In this document: one piece after another, positions 46,958-60,987 of the stretch | Layout: each line of letters starts with the position of its first letter | Numbering within the stretch: the stretch's first letter is position 1 | NCBI GenBank assembly: GCA_008632985.1 | Contig: QPGO01000143.1 | Location: 124,001 to 188,000 of the forward strand | Source: Psammoneis japonica | Lineage: Eukaryota | Direction: 5' to 3' | Length of the DNA: 64,000 bases | Made by a program: the position numbers and the translations under genes | Notes under the pieces: generated by a model | Database searches by the model: none | Seen by the model: the letters and a program-made list of their open reading frames with translations, nothing else | Told to the model about the DNA's origin: nothing

Positions 46958-49688
46958 ATGGGTGTGGAGAAGAAAGAGGTTGCGGACACAGTGAAGGTCT
47001 TCGTGGCAGCCTGCCTCCAGGAGCATGAAGAAAGCATCAGTGTCAATGGACCGCAGCTGGAATTTTTTGAGCCCCAACGAGATGCCTTGTTGGCATCACT
47101 GTGGAAGCCCCAGCACGAGAATGTTCCATTGCGGCACTCCCTTGGACAGCAGGAAGGCTTCATGTCAACGTCGCGTCCATGCCTTCTCTTCTGCAGGGTC
47201 TGGCAGATGACAGTGGACACAACACAGCGCACCATTCTCAACCCGAGGGCCACCAACACATTTGCAGAGCACAAGAAGAAGGACCGACATTTCTCTGTGG
47301 CACATCCGGTGCTGGAAAGACCCGCACCATCTTTGAATGTCTGAGCCGTGAGAAGGGGTTCTACTTTTTGGCGGACGACTTTTGCAGAAACCCAGGTTCA
47401 CGGGATCTCCTGCGTGTTTTGGACTGCGATTTGCCAGAGGCGAATGACACCCGCACGAAGCACGAACGACAAGAATCGCATCACAATTCAAGAGCGACTG
47501 TCGGTGCTCCTTTTTGTCCGGCATGTTGTCCATGAGGAACTGAACAAAATTTTGAAGAGGGACATGACTCCGTGCGAGTGGTTGCTGCATCAAACATTTC
47601 CAGAAAGACTGCTTGGCGGGGACACATTTTACGACGCCATGGAGAAGTGTGATGAAGACCGCGTCAATGGAACTGTTCGCTTCGATCATTGTGCCTCCAC
47701 AAAGAAAGTTTGGTCCATCTTTGTTGACGAAGCACAAGCACTCTTGGAGCTCAACAAGACAAAATTTCTGAGCGGAAATGGCACGCGGGCCAGGTCAGCT
47801 TTCTCTGCCTTTGTGGGGGGGTTCGGTTGTTTGTCCAAGATGCGAAAGGATTTGCACTTTCCAGTGTTCTCGGGCACAGGTCTGGTGTTAGACCAACTTT
47901 CTGAACAGATGCTGTCCATTGTGGGAAAAGCGCTCGGTGACAGTGCAAGCCTCTTCTTCGCGGGTTTCAGGTTGCTCGGTGTAGAAGAGGTTAAAGAATG
48001 CCTGCGCCAAATGCTTGGTCTGTCCGGCGTGCGCGATGATGTCACAACGCATGTCGCCAACTGGCTTCGTGGACGACCAAGATGGGCTGCTGGCTTTTTG
48101 GAAGTGCACTCCAGTCGACGGGAGAACAAAAGTTGCTCGAATCAAGTGTGGAGAACTCAAGGTAGTTTCGAGGACATGGATGCCAAACTGATTGAAGCCT
48201 TGGATCCACATTTGAACGTCATGACGCGTGCAGATCAAGAAAACAACCGACGAGAGTCATGGACTGCCGGCGAAGCTTCGGCGCATGACGCGTTCCAGCC
48301 CTAGGTGGGACTCCTTGTGACATTGGGCCCGTAGAATTCTACGTGCGAGCTCCGTAGTACGAGAATTTAATTAATGGATATGTTTATCTTCAACATCAAA
48401 TAAACGGCCAAGTTTGTGGTACAATTATGCCTCTTACCACTCGACGTTTTTGCAACTTCGCCTGCCCTACGCGATTCTTAAGACATTGTAGAATCGCGCT
48501 GTAACAAAAAATGTCAAAAGTTGTTGGACGGATCGCTCAATAAGTGTACCGTAAAATGACACAAAATATCGAAAAAATCACGTAGAAATCTACGTGCGCG
48601 ACATACGACGAGACTCAAAAAACTATCGATGTCACAGTTCAGTAGTACGAGGTCCCACCTAGACCTGGAACGCGTCGCATGCTTGCTTTGCAAGGGTGGA
48701 TCGCAAATGTTCCGGCACTGAATCGAGCATGAACCAGTTGCTTAGGCGGGTAGTGGACGACCTAGAGTATGCGGTGTGCCGTTTTGCCGTTGGCCAGAAA
48801 CCGCATCCGTTTGCTGATGCTTCTGCAAAAGCGCTGATCGAAAATGGCGTGGCTGCAGTTTGCGAAACTGATCGACAAGGGACCAGCATAAAAGGGCATC
48901 TCGACGAACCTGTCGTCGTTCAAGCTGGGATCAATTTTTTCGACCTCGACCACCACCTCCGAGAAAATTTGAAGAAACAGGAAGAAGGTGGCCTCGGCGA
49001 AGGGTTTGAGAGGTTGCTGTTGCCTGGTCTGTTGATGGAGAAGGACAGACTGCACAATTTCCTGAATTCACATTTGGAGGAAGGCGGTTCGGCTTTGGAG
49101 GCCTACGACATTTCAAGGAGGTCGGCGTATGGCGTGCTCTGTGTTGACACCAGTGAGAGTATTAGAAAAACGATCGATTGGGTTGCAAAGTCAGTCAGTT
49201 CCAAGTTCGAGGGTCAAGTTGCTCCTTTCTGCTATCCAGATGATAACATTGGCCCCGATTTGATCTTCTTGTTGCGAAACCGCCTAGACTATGGCGACTT
49301 TCGCACCTGTATAGTGCAGTCCAAGTACGTTTCTGCCGTGAGTAATCAACAAGATGCGCTTCGAACCCTTGTTCCATCGAAACTTTATCATGAGAGCCGG
49401 GGAAAGCCAAAGAAGGAAAAAGTATCTCAGAAGCTGTCGGAAGAACTTCACACCGAATGGAAGACACTACAGGACACACTCGTTTCCGATTATCGACCTT
49501 GTCTGCGACTACTTGTTCAGATGCCCGCGGATTCTGCTGCCTCTGCGACTTCAGGAATGGTCGCCGCGGACGCAACAAGTCCCACGTCAGGCAGCAAAAG
49601 AAAAAAGCGCGACTGGCTTGTTGTTGTCGATGACAAGAAGGCCGGGGAGCTCTTCGGTGACAAGAGTGCCGAAGTGGTTCAACTATGA
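46958..49688 (+). pseudogene. Crinkler/RHS (CR)-type P-loop NTPase + PD-(D/E)xK nuclease gene, disrupted
   Basis: Walker A GTSGAGKT (47299-47322), Walker B IFVDEAQ, FSGTG, LRGRPRW, DEPVV, GEGFE, PDDNIGPDLIF...VQSK; frameshifts in the 5' part and a 390-bp MITE insertion. Confidence 0.7.
48287..48676. mobile_element. 390-bp MITE, 25-bp TIR (GACGCGTTCCAG..CTAGGTGGGAC), 4-bp TSD GCAT
   Basis: TIRs with 2 mismatches; GCAT at 48283-48286 and 48677-48680; removal rejoins ORFs 47348 and 48696 in frame (ASAHACFARV). Confidence 0.88.
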
Positions 49689-50010
49689 AAGAGAAAGAAA
49701 TAGAGTTGATACATTAAGTTTTTCACCTTCCTTACCACGGGAACTCAGAAGCAAAGCGATTGAAGTACAAAGAAGAGAGGACAGCGTGCTCCGGAAAAAA
49801 TATTTAGCTAAGTTAGTCGTAAATTACTAAAAGGACAGGTACAAACCCCCTAATTTTCTTTTTAAAGGTGATTTGATTTGGCCTGGCACGAGAGCTGCAC
49901 GAATCCATGGGAAGTACTTAGTCCCGACGTGTTTTTGCGAGCACTATCCTTGACACACCAGCATTCACAAATGCAGCGCCCACTGTACTTTATTTTGGAT
50001 CCATCTTTGC

Positions 50011-51595
50011 TCAAATTCCCCACATGGCACGGTATTCGTGCTCCAGCGTCGATTTGAGAAAAGCGTCCTTGGCCTTTTTGAATCGTTTCATCATTTCTTC
50101 AGGGGAATGATTCTTCAAGGCTTGTGGTAACGCTTTAACGCTTTTCACGACCCCTTGACCAGATTGCTGCCATGAGCGTTTGACAGGATAATCCACAATG
50201 GGAGGCTCATCCTTTCGAAGTCGTACCTCCATACCAACATGTTTGTAAAGCCCAGCCAACCAGGGTAGTTGAGGGACTGCAAATAAGAAAATTAAGAATG
50301 AGACATGAGATTGTCCTACATGAAAACGCTCCAAAGCCTGATCCAGTATAAAAAAAAACGCACCTTTATCCAGTTGGTTGTGGAAACGAGCATGACGAAG
50401 TTTCCCTTGTCTCTCGAGATGACCACAGGCTTCTCGAAAGGTAGCATCACCGACGCGAGGCGCTGCATATGTGTAAATCGTGACGGGCCCGTCTTGGGTA
50501 AGGTCCGGATCCGCGGCCGCGTAGAAACCAAAAAGTGTCGCAATCGCACCTCCCAACGAATGACCAGACACGTACAATCTGCAACCATGGTTAGAAACAG
50601 ACAACGACTTCTTCTTCTTCTTCTTCTTTTCTCAACGCTGTATTACTTACCGGTAACCCGGTTGCATAAGCGGCTTGATGTCTTCCTGTAGAATCTTGTC
50701 AATGGGCCTCATCTTGCTCTTTCGGGAGCCAAGAAGGACTTTGGAAAAGCCCCGGTGTACCAAGATACTGTTGACGACATCATCCTTTTCTGCATCAGTA
50801 TCAGGATTAGATTCCTTTCTCTTTTGTCACAACAAGAAGAAATTGGACTCTGTAAGATTATTATATCGACCAGATGACATCTTCCTGCTTTGGAGACTAT
50901 TCCTACTTACCCTCCATACCGCTTTCAAGTTGGTGGACCAATCCCACCAGGCATTCTTGAGTGATACATTGGCCGTTCCGCGAAACACAATCTCGACTCG
51001 CTTCTTGTTCTTATTCACGGCAATGCCGTGAACACGAGATGACCTGGCATCGTCCTTTTTGTCGGCAAACACGTGCAAATCATGATTGTGCTTGGTTCCA
51101 TGTACAAGCTCTTGGTCGTGTTTGTCTTCACTGCTCAAGAAGGCAGCGACAGCATCAATGGCCTCTTGTTCCCCGCCCTTGCCGCCACTGTACACAACAT
51201 TCGAGAAAGCATAATGTGAGACTCGAAACACAAGACTTGCTATAGACAGTCACACTCGTAGACTCTTACATGTGATGAAGATTCGCCTTGAGCACCTGAT
51301 TGAGCTCGGCAAGATCCTTGGGATGTTCTTTACTAACGTCAAGGCTCTTCAACAAGTCGGTTTCGTTCTTTTTCTTTGCATGCTTTCGAAGAGCCGCCAA
51401 CTCGTAAATGTATTGCGAAAGTATCAACATGTCGACACCTTCACTGTACAAATCACCACTGTGTTCCACCGGAATAATCGTGTCCGTAAGACTGCGAGGT
51501 TTCTGGTGAGGAGGGTATCGATGTTCGAGCTCGGAAAACTGCGAGGAGAATGCAACACCAATGCCGAGGAAGGAACACAACAAAAGAAGTTTCAT
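50011..51595 (-). CDS. Secreted class 3 lipase, multi-exon
   Basis: Signal peptide, IVFRGT, VHRGF, YVSGHSLGG, TYAAPRVGD, YKHVG; several GT-AG introns. Confidence 0.85.
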
Positions 51596-52282
51596 CTTTG
51601 TAGAATTCGCCAGCTAGACGAATTTGGGCTGGAAAAGATGTTTTCAACAAAGAGACGACAAAACAATAAGCTGCCAGATGCTGCTTATTGTGATGATGGG
51701 TTTATGTATGAGAGGCAGAATGTGTTCGCTTCGATCTGCGATCCAGATCTTCTTGTTAGTTAGCGATCGATCTTGTGTTGAAGTTTCAAGCTGTGTTGAA
51801 GCAAGATCGCGTTGGCACGTTGTTTACCAATTGATGAGCGGGGGAATGTTTGACGAAGGAACGCTCCCCCAAAGAACGGTCAGGGGTTGAATGCGTCATT
51901 AGAATGTACTTAAAAATTGTAGGGAGGTGCCCCCCACACCCCGCTGAATCCAAAATGGCATACTGTACACTGTACGTTGTGTGTCTGGCACGAGGTTCAC
52001 TCGTATCAAAAATTCATTCCCGTATTCAAGTACGTATGTTTCTCTAAATCTTTCTTATTTAAAAAAAAATTTGACATCAAACTAATTTCTTCGAAATCGA
52101 ATATAGATACGAACGTGGGACATTGTGCCAACGGACTCTGCGAGGACGGACACCGCATTTCATGCTCTGCCTGTTATGTTGGTTGTTGGCTGTTGTTGTT
52201 GATGGACCTGGTACTGTTTTATAAAGTTTTCAAAGGACTTTTGGGATATTAGATTGTAATAGATACAGTATACAGCGATAAG

Positions 52283-54301
52283 ATGGCTAGCAAGTTATCA
52301 AGTCCACCGTTACAAAATTCTTGGACTCCGTCACCTTCGCAGGATCACGTGAAGGACCATGAGGTATGTTTTGTCGAAAAGCATGTTTGGAACAATTGAA
52401 TTCGACATGTCTCTCACGTATAAGCTCTCGATTATTGCCCATTATAGCATCGACTCGAGCAAGAACTGAAGCAGTTGCAGTTGGATATTGTTCGTATTGG
52501 TGACCCTCAGGAGCCGTACTGTCTCTTTGGAGAGTTGTTTGAAGACGAAGAAGCGCAACAATATTATGAAGCACTCGTGGGGACGTTGAAAAGTGCCAAG
52601 AAACGAAAGCTGATCAATTTCAAGGGTCAAATGCTCCTCAAGGGCATGCACGATGACGTAAGGATATCTCTAGTACAGGAACAGCAACAAGTTCCGTCAC
52701 TGACACAGTCACAGTCGCTATCCTCCGAGTCAGAATTACCGGTGCCTCCTCCTGTTGTTCCGTCTCCGAAACCTACTCCTCCACCTCCACGACGTATGAA
52801 AAAGGACTTGAGCTCGGATGAGAATGATACTACCCCTGTGCCATCTTCCTACAATATGGAGGATGTGAATGCGGCTCTGCCACCTGCGCTACCGTCGTTA
52901 GAACAACAAGCGCAACAGAAGCAGGGAGCTTCACTCAAGGTTAGCAAACGGACTCCCCCACGATGGACGAAAAGGACCACATCAACAAAGCCGACCCAGT
53001 CTACGACGACTACAAGAGAATCATCGCCCATACCATCGTCGCCCGTCGTGACGACACAGAGAACATCGACACCACCACCTCCTCTCGGTACAGAGAAGAA
53101 ACCTCCTCTTGGAACGCCACCACGAAAGCCTCTACGTACCGCTCAATTGCCAGTCGCTCATCATCAAACCCCGCCTCGGCCTCCTACAAGAACGTCTGTA
53201 TCGTCGTCGAGCTTCAAAACTCCGCCCCGTCCGCCAAGCACAAGTAGTGTCATTCCAAAGGCTCAGTCACCAAACTCATCTGTAGAAGGCTCCCCGGGAC
53301 GTTTGAAAATACCGACTGCCTTTTTGTCCAGTGATGACTCGGATGGAGAATGCAATTCTGCGGCAAGTCCCCGCCGACGTGCAGGGAGGCTTTATCCCTG
53401 TGGCGCTTGGAGTGATTCCGAAATGGTGGTGACGCGCAAACAGCGTCAAGAAGAAGAAAACAATAATTCCTCTTTGGTGAAGGCCACGTCGGAACACCGA
53501 AGAATCAAGAGCAATGTCTCGGAGCGATGGACCAAACTCTTTCAAGAACATTCTCCAACAAGAAAGAACAAGAAGGAAATAATGGAAAAGCCTACTAGGA
53601 GATTAAGGAAACAGAGTAGTAGTAGTGGATCGTGTGAAAAGAAGACAAAGAGCGGCTCATCATCGCCTCGCAAATCAAGAGACAAGAGCCGAGTATTATC
53701 GCCCGCTGCACAAAACGGTAATGCGCGCAAAGCAAAAAAAGAGGCCATCCGAATTAACATTGATAGCTCACCTGGTGGAAAGAGCAAAGCGGCTACTGCA
53801 CCTGTTCAATCACAGCCGGATGTGTCAATGACTATTAAATCAACTCCCTCCCAAAAAAGTTACAGACGCGAGACAGAATCACAACCAAAGGAGCAAGGCG
53901 GGGGGCGAACGGACCAAGCAGTGGCACCGAAACCACGCCCCAAGCCGAAATTTCGAGCGTCCATGATGGAAGGTCGAGTTGGGAAACTGGATTCGTCTGA
54001 TGCGCCTCTTTCGAGGACAAAGTCGGACAAGGCTCTCATTCACTCTAACAAAAACTCGTTTGTTCGTGTCGACGAGGAAGTGCAGCAATTGCTCAAAGAT
54101 ATTGCTCGCTTGTCGATTGCAGACGACAAAGGGCCACCCTGTGTCCCGTTTGGTGTATTGTTTACCGACGAGGTGGTTCAAAACACCTACGAAGCGCTAG
54201 TGGGGACCTTGAGAAGTGCAAAGAAAAAGGGACTCATCAAGTATGATGGGCAGCTCTTGTTGAAGGGGGTGCATGATAATGTCATGATTGAAGTTGTATA
54301 A
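52283..54301 (+). CDS. Protein with two Costars (ABRACL-like) domains and a Pro/Ser-rich linker; 2 exons (52283-52363, 52448-54301)
   Basis: FGELFEDE....YEALVGTLKSAKKRKLI.F.GQMLLKGMHDDV.I at both ends; GT-AG intron in frame. Confidence 0.8.
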
Positions 54302-54764
54302 TAGGAAGCGCGGAATTTTATAATGTGTGTCACTACTGGGGTCTCTCACTGTCGGCACTGGAACGCGATTTTTCAATTACGGTACCATGATTTTACTCTT
54401 GCGAGTCGGCGGACTGGATGCTTTCGCGGTGATTGTCTTGGAAATGTTGCGATCGACTCTTTGCGAGCTCGTCGCAATTCCAGTAAATCAGTTTAAGGAT
54501 AGTAAGGAAGAGAAACCTTTCACAAGGTCACTTTCAAAGAGTTACACGTGCCTTTTGTTTCCGCTATATCGGCGCAAACGAACGATTTGATTCCAGATTA
54601 GAAATTTGAATCGCGTTCGCTCGGTTTCGCGCGCGGCGTGCGTCCCTCGAGTCACGACTCAAAATTCCGCCGTCACGACTCACAAGTCGCAGAAGTTCGA
54701 CCCGAACTCCTTTCTCACAAAAAAAAAGACATCAACGACAACAACAAAACAAGTGTCAACATAG

Positions 54765-55435
<671 letters not shown>

Positions 55436-55497
55436 AAACATGGATAGAGCAAAGGGAAAACGATTGCATTATTAGACAAGCTAAACAAAATATATTC

Positions 55498-57168
55498 TCA
55501 TTGAGCATGTTCAAATCCAGCAGGAACCGTCAGTGATGATTCATCTTTGCCGCCACATACAATCGATAGGACCTTGTATCGTTCCCCCATTTGCTCGGGC
55601 AGCACTAATCGTTCCAACGCCGTGTACAAATCGTGTGCTTGCTGATCGGTCGTTTCTTCCAAATCAATCAATTGACTAACCCGTTCCACAATACCCATGG
55701 ATGCTAGAAATTGTCCCTGTGTCATGGGACCAAAGGCTCTGGCGGTTGCGGTGGTAGATTGCTTCTTCTTGTCGTTATGATTCACAGCATGCTTGAGTGC
55801 AGCAAAATCGACATCGGCCGTGACATCCACTTGACCGGGACGACTCAGCACGTGAACCTGCTTGTGTTGCGAAAAGCCCCGCAAGGAATCACTCGATCCC
55901 TCTTGTCCATAATCCACCACCAAACAGGCGCCAACACCGCCGCACTGTCGTTCCAAATAGGCTGCAATGTCTTGGACCAACAAGATTCCTTCAGGACAAA
56001 CCTCCACGACTTGATTATCTTGTACCATTCCATCCAATTGATCCACGTTTAATAACGTACGCAGTGCCGGTGTCGTGTCGGGTGATGTCACAAATCGTAA
56101 CCGTGTCTTTTTCGTTTCGTCGTTTGCTTTCTCGTTTTCAGTAGATTTTGTGTCGGCAATATCTACCAAGCGTTCTCTCCATCCCTCTTGCGTGTGTTCA
56201 AACACGTGAATCGGCAAGGCATCCATGAATTCTTGACAAATGATAAAGGTTGGTATTTGTTTGGAATTTTTCTTTTGATTGTTTGCCACGAGATCCAAAA
56301 AGGAATCGTGCCAATAAATGATGGATTCGGAATCGATTTTGCCACTCAGTGCCTCTTTTTGTTCCTTGCGCATGGCTGGACTCTGTTCGATTAGATGAAT
56401 TTCCTCAATGTCATATTGTGAAAAACTCGATTGAAGGGTCCGTACCACGTCGGCCATGAGAGTTCCCTTGCCGGGTCCAATTTCCACCAATCGAATCTTG
56501 TTGTTGTTGTTTTTGGTATTTGCAGGCATTGTCTCTAGATAGTGCACAAACCACAGAGCCAAGCATTCTCCAAAGACTTGAGAGATTTCCGGTGCCGTGA
56601 CAAAATCACCACGTTTACCGATCACGTCATGAGCGGATCCATTCTCCGTATCCCAGTCGTCATTATCCCAATCATCATCATCTTGCTCGTTTTTGTCTAG
56701 ATTTGAAGTTGGATTGGTATAATAACCATGCACGGGATGCGTCAATGCTTGTCTCATGTACTCGGCTACCGTCATGGGACGATTCGTTACGGCCAATACT
56801 TGAATCAATTCTTGTGAAAGAGGAGTCGATGACTCAAATGTTTGAGAATCAAATTTGGGTGCATAATGCAAACGTTCATCGTAAATATCTGTCAAATCAA
56901 TCAAGGCCGGCGTCACGTCGGGTTTGACAATGCCCTTTTCAAAGGTTTCTACTTTTTCTTGTGGTAGTGTGGCAATGCCTTCAATTTGATTAGCTTTATA
57001 ATCGACAAGGTCTGTTTTGATCAGAGATGCTTCTTGTTGTTGCTTTTTCCTCTTTTTGGATTCGCGCAATTGGCGTTTGGTAGCAAACCAACAGCATGAT
57101 GGCTGAAAAAATCGGCTTTTCACATGTTGTTTCAAAAGAAAATTGCTTTTTCTCGCAAGTCTATACAT
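55498..57168 (-). CDS. NDUFAF7: Mitochondrial protein arginine methyltransferase NDUFAF7 (MidA)
   Basis: AEYMRQAL.HP..GYY, GDFVTAPEISQVFGE, VEIGPGKGTL, EFMDALP, DYG, DVTADVDF, MGERYK; mitochondrial-type presequence. Confidence 0.92.
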   Translation of the reverse strand: MYRLARKSNFLLKQHVKSRFFQPSCCWFATKRQLRESKKRKKQQQEASLIKTDLVDYKANQIEGIATLPQEKVETFEKGIVKPDVTPALIDLTDIYDERLHYAPKFDSQTFESSTPLSQELIQVLAVTNRPMTVAEYMRQALTHPVHGYYTNPTSNLDKNEQDDDDWDNDDWDTENGSAHDVIGKRGDFVTAPEISQVFGECLALWFVHYLETMPANTKNNNNKIRLVEIGPGKGTLMADVVRTLQSSFSQYDIEEIHLIEQSPAMRKEQKEALSGKIDSESIIYWHDSFLDLVANNQKKNSKQIPTFIICQEFMDALPIHVFEHTQEGWRERLVDIADTKSTENEKANDETKKTRLRFVTSPDTTPALRTLLNVDQLDGMVQDNQVVEVCPEGILLVQDIAAYLERQCGGVGACLVVDYGQEGSSDSLRGFSQHKQVHVLSRPGQVDVTADVDFAALKHAVNHNDKKKQSTTATARAFGPMTQGQFLASMGIVERVSQLIDLEETTDQQAHDLYTALERLVLPEQMGERYKVLSIVCGGKDESSLTVPAGFEHAQ

Positions 57169-57637
57169 TGTATTGAGGATTTTTTGTTTCTATATTGAAA
57201 CAAAAGATGGAAAACGACTACACTGCTGTTATTCAATACAAAAGAAGCCCTGCATCGCAATCAGAGAGAGATGAAAGAATTGGGGGAAGACTCCAGCCGC
57301 AGCAAAATTGTGCTCTCACCACAAAAGAAATTTGTGCTCTCACCACAACGTAGAAATGTACTAGGCGCCACGTAGAAGAAAAAGCACTCTTAACGGATGA
57401 GGAATCTCGACCGAGCGCCTCCGATGACACAACACTCTCGAGGTCTTTGCTTGCCGTTAGCCGTCACCTTTGGGATTGTGTGCTTTATTTTGGGAGAGAC
57501 TCTCAATCAATGCACTGCATGCATCACTCCTAGCCATGTGATTCTTGGAGTTTGTAAAGTGGAGTTGCTTTGTGCGTGGATTGAAGCCCGGAGTCGTCGA
57601 CAGGTGGAGCATTTCCTGACATGAGCTCGTTCCATTT

Positions 57638-58912
57638 ATGGTTCTTGTCACATTTCTGCGGCGACTGTTCTATCAACAAAGAAGGCAACGGAGGAATCTG
57701 ACCATGTCTTATGAATTTTCTCTGCAGGGAAGAGACAGCGACGGCGATGGTGATGATTGGTTCAACACCATGCTTCGCGATCTCGATGATGCTGATGGCA
57801 GACACGAGGCGGCTCACAGCAACAACGAAACCGCTGTCGACCTTGCCGCATCAGAAAGTGACGATGACGTCGCCTCGGCAGCTGTGGGGCGAGTCAAGGA
57901 CCCTCGTGACTACGCGCACGACTCTGGCATGGCTGTCGACCTTACCACCACCAGCTCATCAGAAAGTGACGGAGACAATGGACGGTCCATGAACGATGAC
58001 GTCGCCTCGGCAGATGCGGGTCGAGTCAAGGACCTTCGTGACCATGCGCACGACTCTGGCTTGGTATCCGCAGCACGCAAGTGTGATTGCATGTCTACGG
58101 AATCAGAAACGTTGGTTACTCATGGTCGTTTCTGTTTCTCTTTTTCCAATTTTTTTCCAGCAGCTTCGGTTGTATTACCAGCAGGCAACATTGCATCCAG
58201 CTCACCGGTTCCTTTGTTAATGCCACCTGCTCCTGTGTCTCAATCGCCACCTAAAAGCCGCAAGAAGAAAGCTCCAGAATGCCGTTCCAATGGCAGGGAA
58301 GGCAGTAGAGACTGGTTTCCGTTGTGGTCTGCTCCGTCATCAGACTCGGCGACGCAGCATTCGAAAACACCTTCCGCGGCTGAAAAGCATGTCATCGAAT
58401 TGTGGAATGCTCCGGACGGATTTAAGTTCCTTGTTAACTCGTCAGTGTCGAATGTAGTCATAAAACGCTGGGACTGCGCCGACCATGGATGCTCGGTGCA
58501 GGTAAAGATTAAGCGTTCCGGCTCGACACTTGTCAAAGAGCAACGAGGAGCACACAACCACCCCCCGCCCGCAGGAGGAATGCATGCGAACGCAACAAAC
58601 CGGCCATTGCCGCGGCCTGCACCAGCACGCAAGTGGCCAGTAAATGTGGAGCTCTCGGAATACCTTTTACAGCACGCGGCAAACATGGAACGAAATATAC
58701 TCGAACAGCATGGCTTGGAGGATGAAGCCACTCTGGATCAAAAGATGCGTCCTGTGAAAGCCTTACGCGCCGCCGCCCCTAATGTTAGGAATGTAAGTGT
58801 GCTGCCAACTTTCAATTTGCCCGTATGCTCCAAAGAGAATCTAACGATTGTTTCCTTTCTTCTTGCAACAGGCAAATTATCAAATTTCGAGGAGTCACGC
58901 TCCATTCTCTGA
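57638..58912 (+). pseudogene. MULE-borne ORF with WRKY/GCM1-like zinc finger (probably intron-containing)
   Basis: WDCADHGC...HNH motif; internal duplicated DDVASA..GRVKD.RD.AHDSG. Confidence 0.45.
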
Positions 58913-59604
58913 AAATGTTTGCCACTGCACGATGATGAAAGCCGGCCTGGGAGAATGTGATTACAGCAGCAGCCGTGCTTCTAGGCCGTGTGGCATTGGA
59001 CGCTATAACATTAAAGGTGTTGGTAAATGGATTGCCAAGCTCATGGTGGAGTACAAGCGTTAGCAATCTCTCCGTAGCACGTGGTAGCTTTCTCAGTCAT
59101 GCTGTAGTCGTAAGGAATAACATACTTTAATTATTACTACTAGACAGTATATTGGAATAGCCGTACAATCAACCTCAACATTGTTACTGTTACGCCGGTT
59201 ATTTGCATCGGCGTTACCAGCACAACGGTGGATTACTAGCATCACAGGTGTATGTACCTGTTGTTCGCATCGGCGCTACCTGCACATCGACTCTAGTAGA
59301 GTATAATCTAGAAACTAATTTATACTTGTTAATCGGATCATGGCATGTGGCAATAGTATCGAGCGCAACTACAACATATCGAAAAAATCATCGTTGCCGA
59401 TGTCGATCACGCTCCGTGTGTGTAGAAGAGTATGATTGTGGCGTGGATCACCAACCGTGATGTGTCACGATTCCGTGGCGTTTATCACGATCCGTGGCAT
59501 ATCACGATCCGTGTGCATGCCGCCCTGTATGGTAATGACTGCTGCAGTCTACAAATGAAATAGCAAGTTACTTCTTTCCTCTGGTTCTTAGACTATTTGT
59601 ATCC

Positions 59605-60987
59605 ATGATGATTCAAGACAATGATGACGCAGACTCGCCGCCACCTAATCTGGAGGGTTGGCGCTTAGCGCGTTTTCTTCCTTCACCCACTTCTGGTTCA
59701 TGTGGCGCCATCACAGACGACGAGAAACGCATTGTTGAGACACTGCAGCGGATCGAGAATGATGGACTGTACGGCATCCATCGGGGTCAACAGAACAACA
59801 GGCTGTGCTCGTTGATTTGCCAATCTCCCAAATGTCGTGTTAATGCCAGGATCCAGCGCTTTCCAGGGAAGCTCGGCACACATTTGCCGGAGGGACAGCA
59901 TCACAAGCGACATGATGAAACACCGGCCAAGGGCCTCAAGAAACCAGCAGTGTGACAGGTGCAAGAAAACCCGCACATGAAACGGACGCAGCTGTGTAAT
60001 CACCTGAAAGGCTTGGGATTGCACAACAAGTCAAAGTCAAAAAAAAACAACCTCAAATCCATTACAAATGCAATGAGAGCAAAGGGAGCAACAAAGCAAT
60101 TTGTCGATGGTGGCACATTTGACAACCTGGAGGAGCTGAAACTGTCCCTCGATTCACGTGGCCAATCCATTGATGAGTTTCCAGCCGGAAGAAATGAAAC
60201 GGAGCCTTCTGTTGCAAGACCACCCACAATGAAGGCGGAAGACCCACTGCGGAATGTTGCAGTTCTTGATCATGACATTGATCTTGGCTCTGACGGGCTG
60301 CATCAAGATTGGTCTCATGTCATTTTTACGTTTCCAAGTGCTCGAACAGCGCTCGAAAATGTGCAACAGCTTTGGAAGACCGGGAAGGTGCAACTTGAGA
60401 TGGACCATGCAAAAGGTTTTTGGGACGGTGATCTTCGTCAACTTGGCATGGTGGGAATCAGTGACGCGAACAGAATGTTTTTTCCGCTCGTCGTCAAGGC
60501 GGAAGACGGCGATGGCAGCGCTGCCATTCTGCTTCGTTCGACAGAAATGACATTGAAGAGTCGAGGAATGCCATGCACGTGCCTGAAAGATGGTTCCATG
60601 GCACTGGCCAATGGCGCTAGTCAGGTGCAGCTGATTGACATGGATTGCTGGGCTCACTTTGTCCGGATGCCACCCACACGGGGCAGAGGTTGTCGCGGCT
60701 GCAAAGGATCCTTCTCCCGGCACATGCTTGAGCAGAAGTTCCCAGTGGAGTTCGTGTTCGGTGTTCTTTCTCACTTTTTCGCTTTCTCACACCTGACGAC
60801 AGCACACGACTGGGCGACGGCGAGAAGACTGTACAAGGATGAAAACCCCAAGCTTCCGGACCACTTCTACACACAGCAAAGCACCAACACAGTGCCACAC
60901 CACGCCAAGGCAACAACAGAGGCGGTTCATTGGGTGGTGCGCATCGGCACAGCAACGGAAATTAATGATTGTCTTCGAGCACACTAG
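59605..60987 (+). pseudogene. MULE transposase remnant, TpA-depleted
   Basis: Zn-finger-like CQSPKC...H..H, then LEMD, KDG..AL.N and CWAH (CxxH) motifs; in-frame TGA at 59953-59955; 2 Tyr in the 342-aa ORF. Confidence 0.7.

Noticed and set aside
24690..48286. Dozens of overlapping short Cys/His-rich ORFs as novel metal-binding genes
   Set aside because: Expected artefact of TA loss: TAA/TAG stops vanish and TGY/CAY codons accumulate in all six frames.
59445..59515. TCACGATCCGTG-like motif repeated 3-4 times
   Set aside because: Short tandem repeat inside the MULE; function cannot be supported from sequence.
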